A stretch of DNA of 64,000 bases, taken from an uncultured delta proteobacterium (GTDB lineage Bacteria > Desulfobacterota > WTBG01 > CAIYCZ01). Location: contig CAWDOY010000014.1 in assembly GCA_963803975.1 (NCBI GenBank), positions 159,882-223,881 on the forward strand. Reading direction: 5' to 3'. Below the pieces are notes generated by a model. It did not search any database. It was not told the origin of the DNA and saw nothing but the letters and a program-made list of their open reading frames with translations. Position numbers and translations under genes: made by a program. Position 1 is the first letter of the stretch; the number at the start of each line of letters is the position of its first letter. This document shows positions 63,937 through 64,000 of the stretch, one piece after another.

Positions 63937-64000
63937 GGAAAGCGAGCGTACCTGCTCAAGCCGGCGCATATATTAAATTCTGTTTACGAGGAAAATTGTA

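Overview
Chromosomal, mostly housekeeping window from what looks like an anaerobic deltaproteobacterium (Desulfobacterota-like; inferred from gene content and repeat families). It carries pyrG, an MNT-HEPN toxin-antitoxin pair, a Glu/Leu/Phe/Val dehydrogenase, a CcoI-like Cu P-type ATPase, TauE plus an exported rhodanese, an orphan ActE-like lipoprotein cytochrome c, cysS, a ROK kinase, bioF-bioH-bioC, and a five-gene acyl-CoA cluster (CoA-transferase-GNAT fusion, degenerate CaiC-like ligase, family III CoA-transferase, ADP-forming acyl-CoA synthetase, Pta-N/DRTGG protein). These are followed by a short Fe-S-less MutY, a macro-domain protein, nifU-nifS-cysE, pilB-pilC, a glycosylation cluster, rsmI, ptsI, rpsU-dnaG-rpoD-tRNA(CAT), mutS-mutL, a UbiA/cytochrome b5 pair, and an alternative complex III (actB-C-D-F-A) run directly into a rearranged cbb3-type oxidase cluster. 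About 15 genes, including essential cysS and dnaG, are broken by single-base frameshifts, most likely uncorrected assembly errors. Most notable: (i) the ACIII-cbb3 module, with an FS0-retaining ActB, a CcoO-cytochrome c fusion, a stand-alone CcoP-N-like anchor and a distant His-for-Met ActE-like partner; (ii) an apparent acyl-CoA ligase pseudoenzyme inside the acyl-CoA cluster; (iii) a ~150-bp MITE-like element in three copies, two of which bracket mutS. No CRISPR array, transposase, integrase or prophage was seen. All family assignments come from motif recognition, not database searches.
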